A stretch of 64,000 nucleotides of DNA. It comes from a virus. Shown piece after piece: positions 30,889 to 40,560 of this stretch. Position 1 is the first letter of the stretch; each line of letters starts with the position of its first letter. The notes below the pieces were generated by a model. The model saw only the letters and a program-made list of their open reading frames with translations. It did not search any database and was not told where the DNA came from. The stretch is taken from the IMG/VR virus record IMGVR_UViG_3300045988_095964. One strand, given 5' to 3'. The position numbers and the translations under genes are program-made.

Positions 30889-31977
30889 ATGAAAAAGGAG
30901 AAACAGATTAAGGCGTATACCCGTCGCACCAAATCCGGTAAGATGGTTGCGGTTAAAGCGCATACCGCAAAATACGATGCCGCTGATATGGCAAAAGAAG
31001 CACTCAAAAAGAAAGGTGCTGGTGACGAGTTTGAACAACGGTACAGGTCTCGGCAGTTTAAGAGTTACGCCGAAGCCGAAAAATACAAGAAGCATCCGGA
31101 TTACGCCGGAATCGAGGTCGGCAGTAACGGATATGTTTCCGTGGTATTCCGTGACAACAAAAAGAAACCTGCGGGTGCTGGTTCTACTGGGAGAACCAAG
31201 AAAGAGACCGACCAAGACAAGGCGGCTAAATTAAAGGAGGTGGTTGCCAAACTTAAAAAAGCAAAGGCGTCTGATACCGCTAAAACTAAGCCTGCTTCAA
31301 AGACTGACAGTACTTCCAAGAAGCAACCTGTCGGTGGTGGGTCTACCGGGCGTATGAAAAAAGATACCACGATTAAGAAAACTGCCCCCACAAAATCTAC
31401 TGATTCCGCAAGTGTATCATCGGCAGATTTTAAGGCTTGGTATCACGATCCGCATTCTGCCACTGGAAAGAAAGTTGCCACTCAATTACGAAAGCAACTG
31501 GGTATCTCTCAGTATAACCGGCTGAATAAGCAGGCTGACGAAAGCTACTCTACCCGTGGGCATTTAGCCATGTACAAGGCCCTCAGTGGTACACCTGCGA
31601 AAACTCCTGCCGGGTCAGGTAGTACGGGGCGTACCAAAAAGACATCCGGAGATTCGGAGAAACTCACCAAATTCAAAGAAGTGGTTTCTAAGCTCAAAAA
31701 GGCAAAGGAGGCTGACATGACCAAGAAGAAACCCGTAGGAGCTGGTAGTACTGGGAGGGTTAAGAAGACTCCGAAAGTAAATGGGGTTCGGGAATATGAC
31801 AGAGGTCCCGGTTTCAAGCGTTCAGGCACTCAAATTGAGTTTGTGAACGGAGAACTCGGTAGTGCAGAAGATTACAGTAAGGCAATTCGTGTCAAAAATC
31901 CAGACAAGGTCCTCAAAAAAGCTATTTCCGAATTTCGGAAAGACATGAGAGCTAAATATGGTTCTCGATGGGAGTAG
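30889..31977 (+). CDS. Lys-rich repetitive basic protein
   Basis: 362 aa. Four P(A/V)G(A/G/S)GSTGR(T/M/V)KK repeats and a duplicated K(L/F)KEVV(A/S)KLKKAK. The N-terminus is KQIKAYTRRTKSGKMVAVKAHTAKYD. Confidence 0.65.
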   Translation: MKKEKQIKAYTRRTKSGKMVAVKAHTAKYDAADMAKEALKKKGAGDEFEQRYRSRQFKSYAEAEKYKKHPDYAGIEVGSNGYVSVVFRDNKKKPAGAGSTGRTKKETDQDKAAKLKEVVAKLKKAKASDTAKTKPASKTDSTSKKQPVGGGSTGRMKKDTTIKKTAPTKSTDSASVSSADFKAWYHDPHSATGKKVATQLRKQLGISQYNRLNKQADESYSTRGHLAMYKALSGTPAKTPAGSGSTGRTKKTSGDSEKLTKFKEVVSKLKKAKEADMTKKKPVGAGSTGRVKKTPKVNGVREYDRGPGFKRSGTQIEFVNGELGSAEDYSKAIRVKNPDKVLKKAISEFRKDMRAKYGSRWE

Positions 31978-32003
31978 AATTTGCTCGTTAAAATAAATTC
32001 GGT

Positions 32004-32011
32004 TATATTTG
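32004..32011 (+). promoter_or_regulatory. -7 box TAtaTTTG
   Basis: Exact TAnnTTTG upstream of the ATG at 32050. Confidence 0.4.
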
Positions 32012-32049
32012 CGGTAGCATCAGCAACGATGCTACCCTTTTTTGTACCT

Positions 32050-32271
32050 ATGCAGATTGTTTCGTCGAATATTCGGACGGCTGACTATGACCGGCGTACA
32101 CGAACGTTAAGCATGACGTTCATAAATCGACCGAACTGGCATTATGAATTTTTCAACGTGCCTATCCGTATATGGACGAACTTTCTGAGAGCTGAAAGTA
32201 AGGGGCAATATTTTTCGACCTATATCCGCGACGGGTATCAATATCGTAGAAGTTTCAGAAGAAAATCGTAG
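32050..32271 (+). CDS. KTSC-domain protein
   Basis: SSNIRTADYDRRTRTLSMTFINRPNWHYEFFNVPIRIWTNFLRAESKGQYFSTYIR fits the KTSC domain pattern. Confidence 0.6.
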   Translation: MQIVSSNIRTADYDRRTRTLSMTFINRPNWHYEFFNVPIRIWTNFLRAESKGQYFSTYIRDGYQYRRSFRRKS

Positions 32272-32276
32272 AAGTA

Positions 32277-32816
32277 ATGGCAACTATCACACGGGTATTT
32301 GAGTTTGACGCCGCACACCGGGTAATGAATGAGCGCGTAAAGTGTTTCAACCTACACGGGCATCGTTTTCGGTTGGAGGTAACCTTTGACATTTCCCAAG
32401 AGTATTGGGGTCTTGGTTACCCTATCGACTTTAAGGAACTCAAACGAATCTTCGGCGGATTCATCGACCAATTTTTAGACCACGCCTGTATTCTTAATCC
32501 TCAGGATGACGAGATCATCAACATGTGCGACAAAAATAACTGGCGCATGTGGGTAATGGGTTTCTGCCTGCGGGATATTGACAAGAATCCCTCTGCTGAA
32601 AATCTGGCTGACGAATTATTCGTTTCATTCAAAGAACTGGCGACATTATGTCCCGAAAAGTTTACCATTAACTCGGTTCGGCTGTATGAGACGCCGAATT
32701 GTTGGGTTGATGTCAATTCGTCCGAGACCGAATTAACCGAAGCATTCCGACACTCTCTTACCAAGTGGAGGGAATCTATGGGTAACTTCGAATATGACGC
32801 GAGAAAATGCCAGTAA
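32277..32816 (+). CDS. queD: 6-carboxy-tetrahydropterin synthase (QueD / PTPS family)
   Basis: FEFDAAHRV...KCFNLHGHRFRLEV provides the His triad plus the catalytic Cys. Confidence 0.8.
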   Translation: MATITRVFEFDAAHRVMNERVKCFNLHGHRFRLEVTFDISQEYWGLGYPIDFKELKRIFGGFIDQFLDHACILNPQDDEIINMCDKNNWRMWVMGFCLRDIDKNPSAENLADELFVSFKELATLCPEKFTINSVRLYETPNCWVDVNSSETELTEAFRHSLTKWRESMGNFEYDARKCQ

Positions 32817-34456
32817 GAAAATCCATAAAGGAGGAAGGCTTCGTATTTGAAACCAAAGGAAAGAGTGCCGAAAGTATCGACACCTCAAGCGTTGAGGGTA
32901 AGACGGTCTCTTTCGACGCGCATTTCATTACGAACCGTATCATGGAGTTCGGTAAGATTCTTACCGGCATACCTCTGTATGAATATCAGGAAGCCATTGC
33001 GTATCGGATCATTTACTCGGTAATCACTTTCGAGGGTAGCGTTCTAACCGTCCTGCTGTCCCGTCAGTCGGGTAAGTCCGAGACAATGGCTTTTGTCATT
33101 GATACCCTAACCGTCCTGCTTCCGGCGCTTGCTAAAGTACTGCCGGAACTGGAACAGTTCTCCACTGGTTTCCGTGTTGGACTGTTTGCGCCGCAATCGG
33201 ATCAGGTTGTAACGACTTATTCGCGTGCTATGACAAGACTTAATTCGGCCAATGCCGAGATGATTCTCTCTGACCCGGATATTTCGGTATCTATGGAAAG
33301 TAACGTGCGCTTGTCACTGAGTAACGGATCGTTCTTGGCCGGACAAGTCGCCAGTAAGCAATCCAAGATCGAATCCAAGACGTATGACCTTGTAATATGT
33401 GAGGAGGCACAGGATATTGACGACTTTATCGTTCAGAAGTCTATCGAGCCTATGCTTTCGGCTACCGGTGGTACACTGCTTAAAGTAGGAACTACCGGTA
33501 TGACCAAGAACCACTTTTGGTATGAGATTCAGGCGAACCGTAACCATGACCGCCGATTGAAAGACCCACGGTTACGGAATCACTTCGAGTACGCATATAA
33601 GGAGATCATCGCCGCCCGTCGTGAACAGTATGAAAAAGACGGTAAGAAATTCCACCTCAACTATGAAGCGGACGTGCTTCGTAAAAAGGAACGTTGGGGA
33701 GAAGATTCCCAAGCGTTCAAACTTGCGTATGCGTTACAGTGGGATTTGGAGAGCGGTATGCTTATTACCGATAAGGAGTTCAACAATCTGCTGAACCGGA
33801 AACTCGGTTATCAGGACCCCGATATTCGTGATTTTATCGTTGCCGGCCTCGATATTGGTAAGTCTCCTGCGGAGACGGTTCTTACGATTGGCCGTGTATG
33901 GTACGGGGATGACCCGTTCGAAAAACCCTATAAACAGATACTCGCATGGGTATGTTTAGGAGGTCTCGACTACGAAGCCCAACACCATGAAATTCTCAAC
34001 TATATTGTAGAATACAACATTTCTACTATATTTGCAGACTATACGGGTGTTGGTAAAGCTGTCGTTGACAGATTGATTTATGCCTGCGGCGAACATGTCA
34101 ATATCGAACCGTATACGTTTACGGCGCAGAGTAAATCTGACATGTGGTTTAATTTTATCTCGGACATTCAAACCAAGCGTATTATTGTGCCTGCGAACAA
34201 ACAAGTGCGAGGTACGATGGAGTTCCAAAAGTTCGAGGAGCAAATGAAGAACTGTCAGAAGTATTTCAACGGCCCGTACATGGTTTGTGAAAAATCGGAC
34301 GGCTACTTTGATGACATGGTAGACAGTTGTGCGTTGATGTGTTTGGCGGCTAACTCCGACCGGCAGGTTGACAATGAAATGGAAGTTACCGATAATCCGC
34401 TGTACGATGGAATTACTGCGACTATCGGCGCAATAAGGAGAAACTCTTACACTTAG
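32807..34456 (+). CDS. terL: Terminase large subunit
   Basis: 549 aa. Walker A-like LLSRQSGKSE, Walker B DLVICEEAQD, and a C-terminal nuclease-sized half. It precedes the portal gene. Confidence 0.85.
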   Translation: MPVRKSIKEEGFVFETKGKSAESIDTSSVEGKTVSFDAHFITNRIMEFGKILTGIPLYEYQEAIAYRIIYSVITFEGSVLTVLLSRQSGKSETMAFVIDTLTVLLPALAKVLPELEQFSTGFRVGLFAPQSDQVVTTYSRAMTRLNSANAEMILSDPDISVSMESNVRLSLSNGSFLAGQVASKQSKIESKTYDLVICEEAQDIDDFIVQKSIEPMLSATGGTLLKVGTTGMTKNHFWYEIQANRNHDRRLKDPRLRNHFEYAYKEIIAARREQYEKDGKKFHLNYEADVLRKKERWGEDSQAFKLAYALQWDLESGMLITDKEFNNLLNRKLGYQDPDIRDFIVAGLDIGKSPAETVLTIGRVWYGDDPFEKPYKQILAWVCLGGLDYEAQHHEILNYIVEYNISTIFADYTGVGKAVVDRLIYACGEHVNIEPYTFTAQSKSDMWFNFISDIQTKRIIVPANKQVRGTMEFQKFEEQMKNCQKYFNGPYMVCEKSDGYFDDMVDSCALMCLAANSDRQVDNEMEVTDNPLYDGITATIGAIRRNSYT

Positions 34457-34460
34457 TGCT

Positions 34461-36047
34461 ATGGGTATAAACACAGGAGGAATGGACCCTACCGGTATGG
34501 GTAGTTACACGGGTTATCCGGGGTCGAAATATTGGAATGTTGACAGTCGCCCGCTATCGGAAGCTACCAGCGTTCTGCGTTCATTCGTTATTACGAATAT
34601 CGTTCAGGACAGTCAGTGGGAGATTGACCGAATGACGAGGTACTATCTGTTCTGGAAGTTCTACGATGGTCTCCATTGGAAAGACTTCAACGACGGAATG
34701 ATCTCGTTCAACTATGTTCGGGCATTTATCGACAAGGTTAATATGTTCTTGCTCGGTAACGAGGCTTTCTCGTTCCAAGTAAAGAGTTATTACTCGGACC
34801 AAATCGACGATGAAATCGAAAAGATTGCCGAGGAACTGATGATGTACCACTGGGGCAAATCCGATAAATCCCAGTTGGCTTACGAGATTCTGCAAATGGG
34901 AAGTATCACCGGCGACTGTTGGATCGGTGCTTCATGGCAAGGCGGTGAATACGAAAAGTACGTCAAAGTAAAGGTGTTCGATTCCCGGCAGTGTTTTCCC
35001 ATCTTCAAAAACGGCGACTTCAATACATTGGAGCGTTTCTTGGTTCGCCAACCTTTGGACTCCACTAAGGAGCAACCGTACAAACTGTACGTAATACAGT
35101 ACACCGATAAGAGTATTGAGACATGGTATCAAAAAGATGTCACGATTAACGATTCATCGGTGGCTAAGTACGAACACAAGAAATACCCCAATAAATATGG
35201 ATTTATTCCGGTCGTCCATATTAAGAATCGTCCGAATGCCGCCAAATTCTACGGAACTTCTGACGCGAGCGACATTCTTAAACTGAACAAGGTGTACAAC
35301 GAGATGAACCAGCAGATCAAGGCCGTCATCGACTATCACGTAACGCCGACCACGGTAATTACCGGCGCATCCGCTAAGTCGCTGAAAAAAGGTCTTGGTC
35401 AAATTTGGTCTGGCTTACCTGCTGAGGCTAACGTGTTCAATCTTGGTCTGGACGTAGACCTTTCTGCCGCTCTTGAATTTATCAAGGACCTTAAAACGGC
35501 GATGCACGAATTATCCGACGTGCCGGAAAATGCCCTCGGTAAAATTCAGGCCATCAGCAATACTTCCGCCGCCGCGTTGCAGATCACCTATCACCCGTTA
35601 CTGCAACAGGCCAACATTAAGGCTATGACATATGGTGAGGGTATTACCGAGATGAACTCTATGATTCTCCGTATTCTGGAAATCGAGGACCCGAAAAACG
35701 AACGCCTTAAAAAACTGCGTAAGTTGGCTCCCCGGTTCCGTTCGGAGATGCGCATTGTTCCCGTCTTTGCTTATGGTTTCCCGAAAGACCGCATGGATGA
35801 ACTCAATCGTGCCGAAATCGAGCTTCGTCTCAAACTCGGTTCCCGTAAAGAGATCATGGAGCGTATGGGTAAACAGAACATCGACGCGCTTATGGAACAG
35901 ATTGATGATGATACGCTTCACCAAGCGTTACTTCAAGCAAAACTTCAAGAGGCTCTCAGTGGAGTTCCTCCCGAACCGGGTATCAATCCGGATGATGATT
36001 CCGGTGCTATCGAGGAACCCGAATTGAATCCTAATCCTGCCGAATAA
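34461..36047 (+). CDS. Portal protein
   Basis: 528 aa, immediately downstream of terL, with an acidic C-terminus. Confidence 0.7.
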   Translation: MGINTGGMDPTGMGSYTGYPGSKYWNVDSRPLSEATSVLRSFVITNIVQDSQWEIDRMTRYYLFWKFYDGLHWKDFNDGMISFNYVRAFIDKVNMFLLGNEAFSFQVKSYYSDQIDDEIEKIAEELMMYHWGKSDKSQLAYEILQMGSITGDCWIGASWQGGEYEKYVKVKVFDSRQCFPIFKNGDFNTLERFLVRQPLDSTKEQPYKLYVIQYTDKSIETWYQKDVTINDSSVAKYEHKKYPNKYGFIPVVHIKNRPNAAKFYGTSDASDILKLNKVYNEMNQQIKAVIDYHVTPTTVITGASAKSLKKGLGQIWSGLPAEANVFNLGLDVDLSAALEFIKDLKTAMHELSDVPENALGKIQAISNTSAAALQITYHPLLQQANIKAMTYGEGITEMNSMILRILEIEDPKNERLKKLRKLAPRFRSEMRIVPVFAYGFPKDRMDELNRAEIELRLKLGSRKEIMERMGKQNIDALMEQIDDDTLHQALLQAKLQEALSGVPPEPGINPDDDSGAIEEPELNPNPAE

Positions 36048-36055
36048 GCTGAAAT

Positions 36056-36086
36056 TTTGATTTTTCAGAAAAACTGCTTACTTTTG
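36056..36086 (+). promoter_or_regulatory. Promoter TTTG-N19-TActTTTG ahead of the capsid genes
   Basis: TTTG at 36056-59 and TActTTTG at 36079-86. The upstream aataagctgaaa is shared with P1. Confidence 0.5.
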
Positions 36087-36136
36087 GACAGGCTATCAGT
36101 ATAAATTCTTTTTCGTCTAACTAAAACTTTCGTATT

Positions 36137-36334
36137 ATGGCAGGGTTACAAACTCTCGACAAATCGAATCCGGAGGCACTGCACGACATCGGGCAGACCA
36201 AACAGCCTCTCGTCGGCCCCAAGTTCGTCAATCCGGGTACTCCCGAATCGGCGCTTGTAAGCCGTGAGCAAATGACGCAGGCTACCGTAAAAGGTAACGG
36301 CGCAGAGGTGCTCAAAAACAACCTCATTAAGTAA
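36137..36334 (+). CDS. hypothetical protein
   Basis: A 65-aa ATG ORF between portal and scaffold. Confidence 0.45.
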   Translation: MAGLQTLDKSNPEALHDIGQTKQPLVGPKFVNPGTPESALVSREQMTQATVKGNGAEVLKNNLIK

Positions 36335-36376
36335 CATCAGAAAACTGTATTACTCCAAAATCGTAGAAATCACCGT

Positions 36377-37123
36377 ATGAATCCGCAAGAAAGAACAACC
36401 GTAGCAATTCCGGAGAGTATCGAACTGAATGGCCAAACTTATGTGGTTAAAGATACTCCCGAACTGATGGCGTTCAGAGTCGCCGTCGCTCAAGCCGAGA
36501 AATCAAAACTGCACTCGACTTTTGAGACCCTGCGTAACCAGATCGAAACTCTTAAAGCCGCAAATGTCGTTCAGTCGTCCGCTCCCTTCGATCTGAACGC
36601 CCTGTTGTCGGCTATGGAGCAGAAATTCGTTACGCGGGACGACCTCAAAGAGACGATTGGTGAAGTTATCCAACCCGTTCTCTCGGCTACCGAGCAACAG
36701 CGCGTCAACGACCTCAATCAGTACCGGGAGCGTCTCATCCGTGACAACGAGGCAACGTGTATTCCCGAACTTGTCAAGGGTAACAGCAAGGAGGAACTCG
36801 AAAAGTCTCTCAGAGACAGTATCGAGCTTCGTGCCAAGTACAATTCTCCGGTGATGATTCCGGGTGCCCAGCCTACCAAGGTTACGGACCCGCTCATCGC
36901 TAAGAAGATGGCCGAAATGGCCGGTGCCGTAGATTCGACGCCTGCTCCCGCGCCTGTACCGGCAACACCTGCTACGCCCGCATCGGCAATGCCGGAAGTT
37001 CCGTCTCGTGCCGTCCCGGAAGTTTCACAAGGTCCCAATTTCAAGCAGATGACTATGGACGAGTTCCAGCAGAAACGCGAACAACTCCTGCACCAGTTGG
37101 AAGCTGAATTCGGGAATAAGTAG
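36377..37123 (+). CDS. Putative scaffolding protein
   Basis: 248 aa, with coiled-coil character and a Pro/Ala-rich segment. It lies directly upstream of the capsid gene. Confidence 0.55.
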   Translation: MNPQERTTVAIPESIELNGQTYVVKDTPELMAFRVAVAQAEKSKLHSTFETLRNQIETLKAANVVQSSAPFDLNALLSAMEQKFVTRDDLKETIGEVIQPVLSATEQQRVNDLNQYRERLIRDNEATCIPELVKGNSKEELEKSLRDSIELRAKYNSPVMIPGAQPTKVTDPLIAKKMAEMAGAVDSTPAPAPVPATPATPASAMPEVPSRAVPEVSQGPNFKQMTMDEFQQKREQLLHQLEAEFGNK

Positions 37124-37148
37124 TAAAAACGTCTAAACCTTATTAAAA

Positions 37149-38147
37149 ATGTTATCTTTTATTATCGCTATCGTAGCGTTCTCGCTCATCGCTCTGACGG
37201 GTTTTGCTTTCGGTGAAACGACCTCAGCCGGTGCTACTACGGGTGGCTATGTCGCCATTCCGGAAGCAGTGCGTGATTTCTATTCGCGCGAGGTTCTGTT
37301 TCAGGCTCAGCCCCGTCTCCGCTTCCTGCAATTCGCCAAGGTCAAACGTGACCTGCAAGCAATCCGCGGCAAATCCATCGTTTTCGTTAAGTACGGCAAT
37401 CTGAAAGGCGGCGGTTCTCTCGAAGAGACCGATGTTCTCACGCCGGAAGCTATGTCTACGTCCGAGATTGTGGTCCCGGTTAAAGAACAGGGCAACTCGA
37501 CGCAGGTGACCGAATACCTGCTCCGCACCTCTTTACTGGATGTACTCGGCGACGCTTCGAAATTACTTGCCAATAACATGGCTATCGTCCTCGACGGACA
37601 GTTCCGTGACACCGTGCTCAAGACTACCAACGTCGTATACGGCAATGGTAAGAAGTCGCTCGCTACGGTTACGGCTACGGACTATTTCAACACCACTACG
37701 GTTAAGGATGCTGTCGAGACGCTCGCTACGAACAACGCTCCCCGGATCAACGGCGACTATTACGTTTGTATCGCCCACCCGCACCAGCTTCGCACGATGC
37801 GTGACGACCCGAATTGGATCAACGCCAATACTTATATGGGCCGCCGCCAGCTTTACATCGGTGAGGTCGGTATGTACGAAGGTACGATTTTCGTGGAAAC
37901 GACGCAGATGCCCGTACTGGATGCCGCCGGTATTCAGGAAAAGTATGGTAGCGGCGCTACGATTACGACTGGCTACGAGGCCGTGTTCTTCGGTGAAAAT
38001 GCCTACGCTTGGGCTATCGCTCTCGACGTTGAGCTTCGTGACGACGGTGTCGTGGAGCTTGGTCGTAAGCATACGCTGGGCTGGTATGGTATTTGGGGAA
38101 CCGGTATCATCGAGGAGAAAAACATCGTCAAGGCTCTCACCGCGTAA
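37149..38147 (+). CDS. Major capsid protein
   Basis: 332 aa. Called from position and from FYSREVLFQAQPRLRFLQFAKVKRDL...GKSIVFVKYGNL, a pattern seen in N4-gp56-type capsid proteins (from memory). Confidence 0.7.
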   Translation: MLSFIIAIVAFSLIALTGFAFGETTSAGATTGGYVAIPEAVRDFYSREVLFQAQPRLRFLQFAKVKRDLQAIRGKSIVFVKYGNLKGGGSLEETDVLTPEAMSTSEIVVPVKEQGNSTQVTEYLLRTSLLDVLGDASKLLANNMAIVLDGQFRDTVLKTTNVVYGNGKKSLATVTATDYFNTTTVKDAVETLATNNAPRINGDYYVCIAHPHQLRTMRDDPNWINANTYMGRRQLYIGEVGMYEGTIFVETTQMPVLDAAGIQEKYGSGATITTGYEAVFFGENAYAWAIALDVELRDDGVVELGRKHTLGWYGIWGTGIIEEKNIVKALTA

Positions 38148-38186
38148 GCGGTGGGGGTCTTCCCTTAACCTTTCAAATCTTATATC

Positions 38187-38462
38187 ATGGCAAAAAGAAT
38201 CGCATCCGAAGTTGAGGAGCAGGAGGGTGTCATCATCCCTGCTGAAACTCCCGTAGAAAAAGAAGAAATCCAAAAAGAGGAGAAAGCCGCTCCTGCCGCG
38301 CAGGTCAAAGCCGCGGTAAAGAAGGTCCGCATCCACTGCATCGAGGAGGTGGACTGTATCATCGCCGGGGTTGCCTACAACTTCCCCAAAGGAAAAGAAG
38401 TCGATGTGCCCGCTGACGTTGCGGCAATTCTGAACAACAGTCAGAGGGCATACAGAATGTAA
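38187..38462 (+). CDS. hypothetical virion-module protein
   Basis: 91 aa with an acidic N-terminal half. Confidence 0.5.
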   Translation: MAKRIASEVEEQEGVIIPAETPVEKEEIQKEEKAAPAAQVKAAVKKVRIHCIEEVDCIIAGVAYNFPKGKEVDVPADVAAILNNSQRAYRM

Positions 38463-38467
38463 AATCT

Positions 38468-39601
38468 ATGCCTACCACTAAGGTAACTTTGAACGAAATT
38501 ATGACAGCGGTTCGGGAGTTAACTTTCGACCGCTTCATAATTCCCGCTTTCGCTATTAAGGCGCAAGAAGGGTATGTCATTGACATTGTGCCCCCGGCGG
38601 TAAATCCGAACCGGGTGACGCGCGTTATAGATGGTGGCGACGCCGGTTCCGACTATACCGAAGGTGAACCCATTCCGGGAGACGTAATAATTGACGGAGG
38701 TGACGCGGCATCTGTATACGCAGACAGTGACTATGATTCGGGGGTCGATATGCTCCCCGGTACATCAGACCCTACGGTGCTTACGAGAGTGACTGCTGAC
38801 GGCGCATTGGCTGTTGAAGCCGGTGGCTATCTCGAAATCCGCAAAAAAGACAGTACCATCAAAGGCGAACGTTTCTATTTCACGGAGTACATTACTCTGA
38901 ATGATCTGATGGACGCCTTTATCGAACGAGGAGTTGTAGTGGCGTACACGCCATATTTCAAAGGTGACGAGCCGTCCATTTCGTTAGTCAAAGTTTCCGG
39001 TCGTAGCTTAGATACGGACCTTACGGTATTCCGTAGGTATTTCTTTTCCGACATCGAGATAAAAGAGATGATCCGTTGGTACTATTTCCGTGTTCTCGAC
39101 ATTAAGAACGTGGAGCTTACCGACGAGACCATAGGTAAACTTATCCGCCCCTCTGAACGCCACATGGCAATTTGGGTATCATATTTTCTCGTCGATAAAC
39201 GACGGGTGTATGAGAACGCCGCAAGTGCAATCGGCCAGTCTTTTACTGATGGCTCTGACTATACTGGCTCTGCTACAAACGGCACTCCCTTATCGACCAC
39301 GGTTCAGATCGGCTCAGTATTCTCAATTACGGAAGACGCTACGCAAGGGTATTTCTATGAAGATTTCAATCGGGTCGGTTCCGACAATGTTTGGGGCGAC
39401 CGTTATTCGTTTTGGTATCGGCTTATGCTGTACCTGCGGAGTTTACTGGAAGATACTTTCGGCGATTACTCACTGCGTAAGGACAACGTTATTCCGGGCT
39501 ATATTCAGCTTACGCGCGAATTGGATTTCAGAGCATACTACGACAGCTATCCATTCAGCCTTTCCCCGCTGTCAAGAGGTATACTCTCAAGAGTTCCGTA
39601 G
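38468..39601 (+). CDS. hypothetical virion-module protein
   Basis: A 377-aa ATG ORF. Confidence 0.6.
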   Translation: MPTTKVTLNEIMTAVRELTFDRFIIPAFAIKAQEGYVIDIVPPAVNPNRVTRVIDGGDAGSDYTEGEPIPGDVIIDGGDAASVYADSDYDSGVDMLPGTSDPTVLTRVTADGALAVEAGGYLEIRKKDSTIKGERFYFTEYITLNDLMDAFIERGVVVAYTPYFKGDEPSISLVKVSGRSLDTDLTVFRRYFFSDIEIKEMIRWYYFRVLDIKNVELTDETIGKLIRPSERHMAIWVSYFLVDKRRVYENAASAIGQSFTDGSDYTGSATNGTPLSTTVQIGSVFSITEDATQGYFYEDFNRVGSDNVWGDRYSFWYRLMLYLRSLLEDTFGDYSLRKDNVIPGYIQLTRELDFRAYYDSYPFSLSPLSRGILSRVP

Positions 39602-39604
39602 GAT

Positions 39605-40036
39605 ATGCTTCTTACCAAAGGTAAATTCCAACAATACCGGGCTATATTTTATAACAAATTGAAGCAGACCCCGTATAAGATTTCACTCGAAATCGTTACG
39701 GTAGAGGACCCGACCTCGGAAGGGTTTTCAATCGAAGAATTTGTCGGTAGCTCTCCAAGAAGTTCCCGGTTTTACGAGTTTCAGGCCCTTTATGAGCGTG
39801 AAATTCCGTTGCGTACCCGTGAAAAATACGGGCTTCCCAAAGAAGTAAACGGGATTGTGTATCTGTCGCCGCTCCAGCTTGTCCCTGTACTGGGAACGTT
39901 TAAGTTGGACTGGAACAAGACCAAAGTACACTTTGCCGGACATACGCAAGTTGTTGAGAAGATCGAATATTTGGAGCCATTGTATGACAGTTGCGTAGGT
40001 ATTCAGATTTTTGTCAAAGACGACCTCAAAGCATAA
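39605..40036 (+). CDS. hypothetical virion-module protein
   Basis: A 143-aa ATG ORF. Confidence 0.55.
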   Translation: MLLTKGKFQQYRAIFYNKLKQTPYKISLEIVTVEDPTSEGFSIEEFVGSSPRSSRFYEFQALYEREIPLRTREKYGLPKEVNGIVYLSPLQLVPVLGTFKLDWNKTKVHFAGHTQVVEKIEYLEPLYDSCVGIQIFVKDDLKA

Positions 40037-40341
40037 TGACAACAGTAAAAACGCACAAGCGAAAGGGGCGTAATAAGGTGTCCGTTGTACGGAAGCATGA
40101 CCGAAAGGATAAAGTTTCCGCTCTGCGTGGCGCCAAGGACTTTTCTGAAAAACAGCGTGACAAACTCTCGTCGAAAGGGGAGGCTCTCCCCGACGGTTCT
40201 TATCCGATTGCAAGTAAGCGTGATTTGGCCAATGCTATTTCGTCGTATGGCCGCGCTAAGAATCCCGAAATAGTCAAACGCTGGATTGTAAAACGTGCGA
40301 AAGCCCTCGGTGCGAGTGAGATGATCCCTAAAAACTGGTAG
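40036..40341 (+). CDS. Basic protein with N-terminal VKTHKRKGRNKVSVVRKH motif
   Basis: ATG at 40036 (TAATG overlap), also containing DGSYPIASKRDLANAISSYGRA. Confidence 0.55.
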   Translation: MTTVKTHKRKGRNKVSVVRKHDRKDKVSALRGAKDFSEKQRDKLSSKGEALPDGSYPIASKRDLANAISSYGRAKNPEIVKRWIVKRAKALGASEMIPKNW

Positions 40342-40345
40342 CCCC

Positions 40346-40558
40346 ATGAAAAAGAAATCTCCAGCCACCGCAAACAGTGTTATTCCGCGTTACCCCGAAT
40401 TACAGCGAGTGATTGTACGGGAACGAACTCCAGCAACTCCTATTCGTGAGGAGAACGAGGTTCTCGCCGCGTATCAACAAGTAGGGAACATTCCCGACCG
40501 TAGCACCAGTAACCAATTTGGCGCTCCGCAGGGTTTCTACCCGAATAACGAATGCTAA
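40346..40558 (+). CDS. hypothetical protein
   Basis: A 70-aa ATG ORF. Confidence 0.45.
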   Translation: MKKKSPATANSVIPRYPELQRVIVRERTPATPIREENEVLAAYQQVGNIPDRSTSNQFGAPQGFYPNNEC

Positions 40559-40560
40559 AC

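Noticed and set aside
37540-38256. A 238-aa alternative + frame ORF overlapping the capsid gene.
   Set aside because: It is Ser/Arg/Thr-rich and low-complexity, with no start context, and it is fully nested in the capsid frame, which has conserved motifs.
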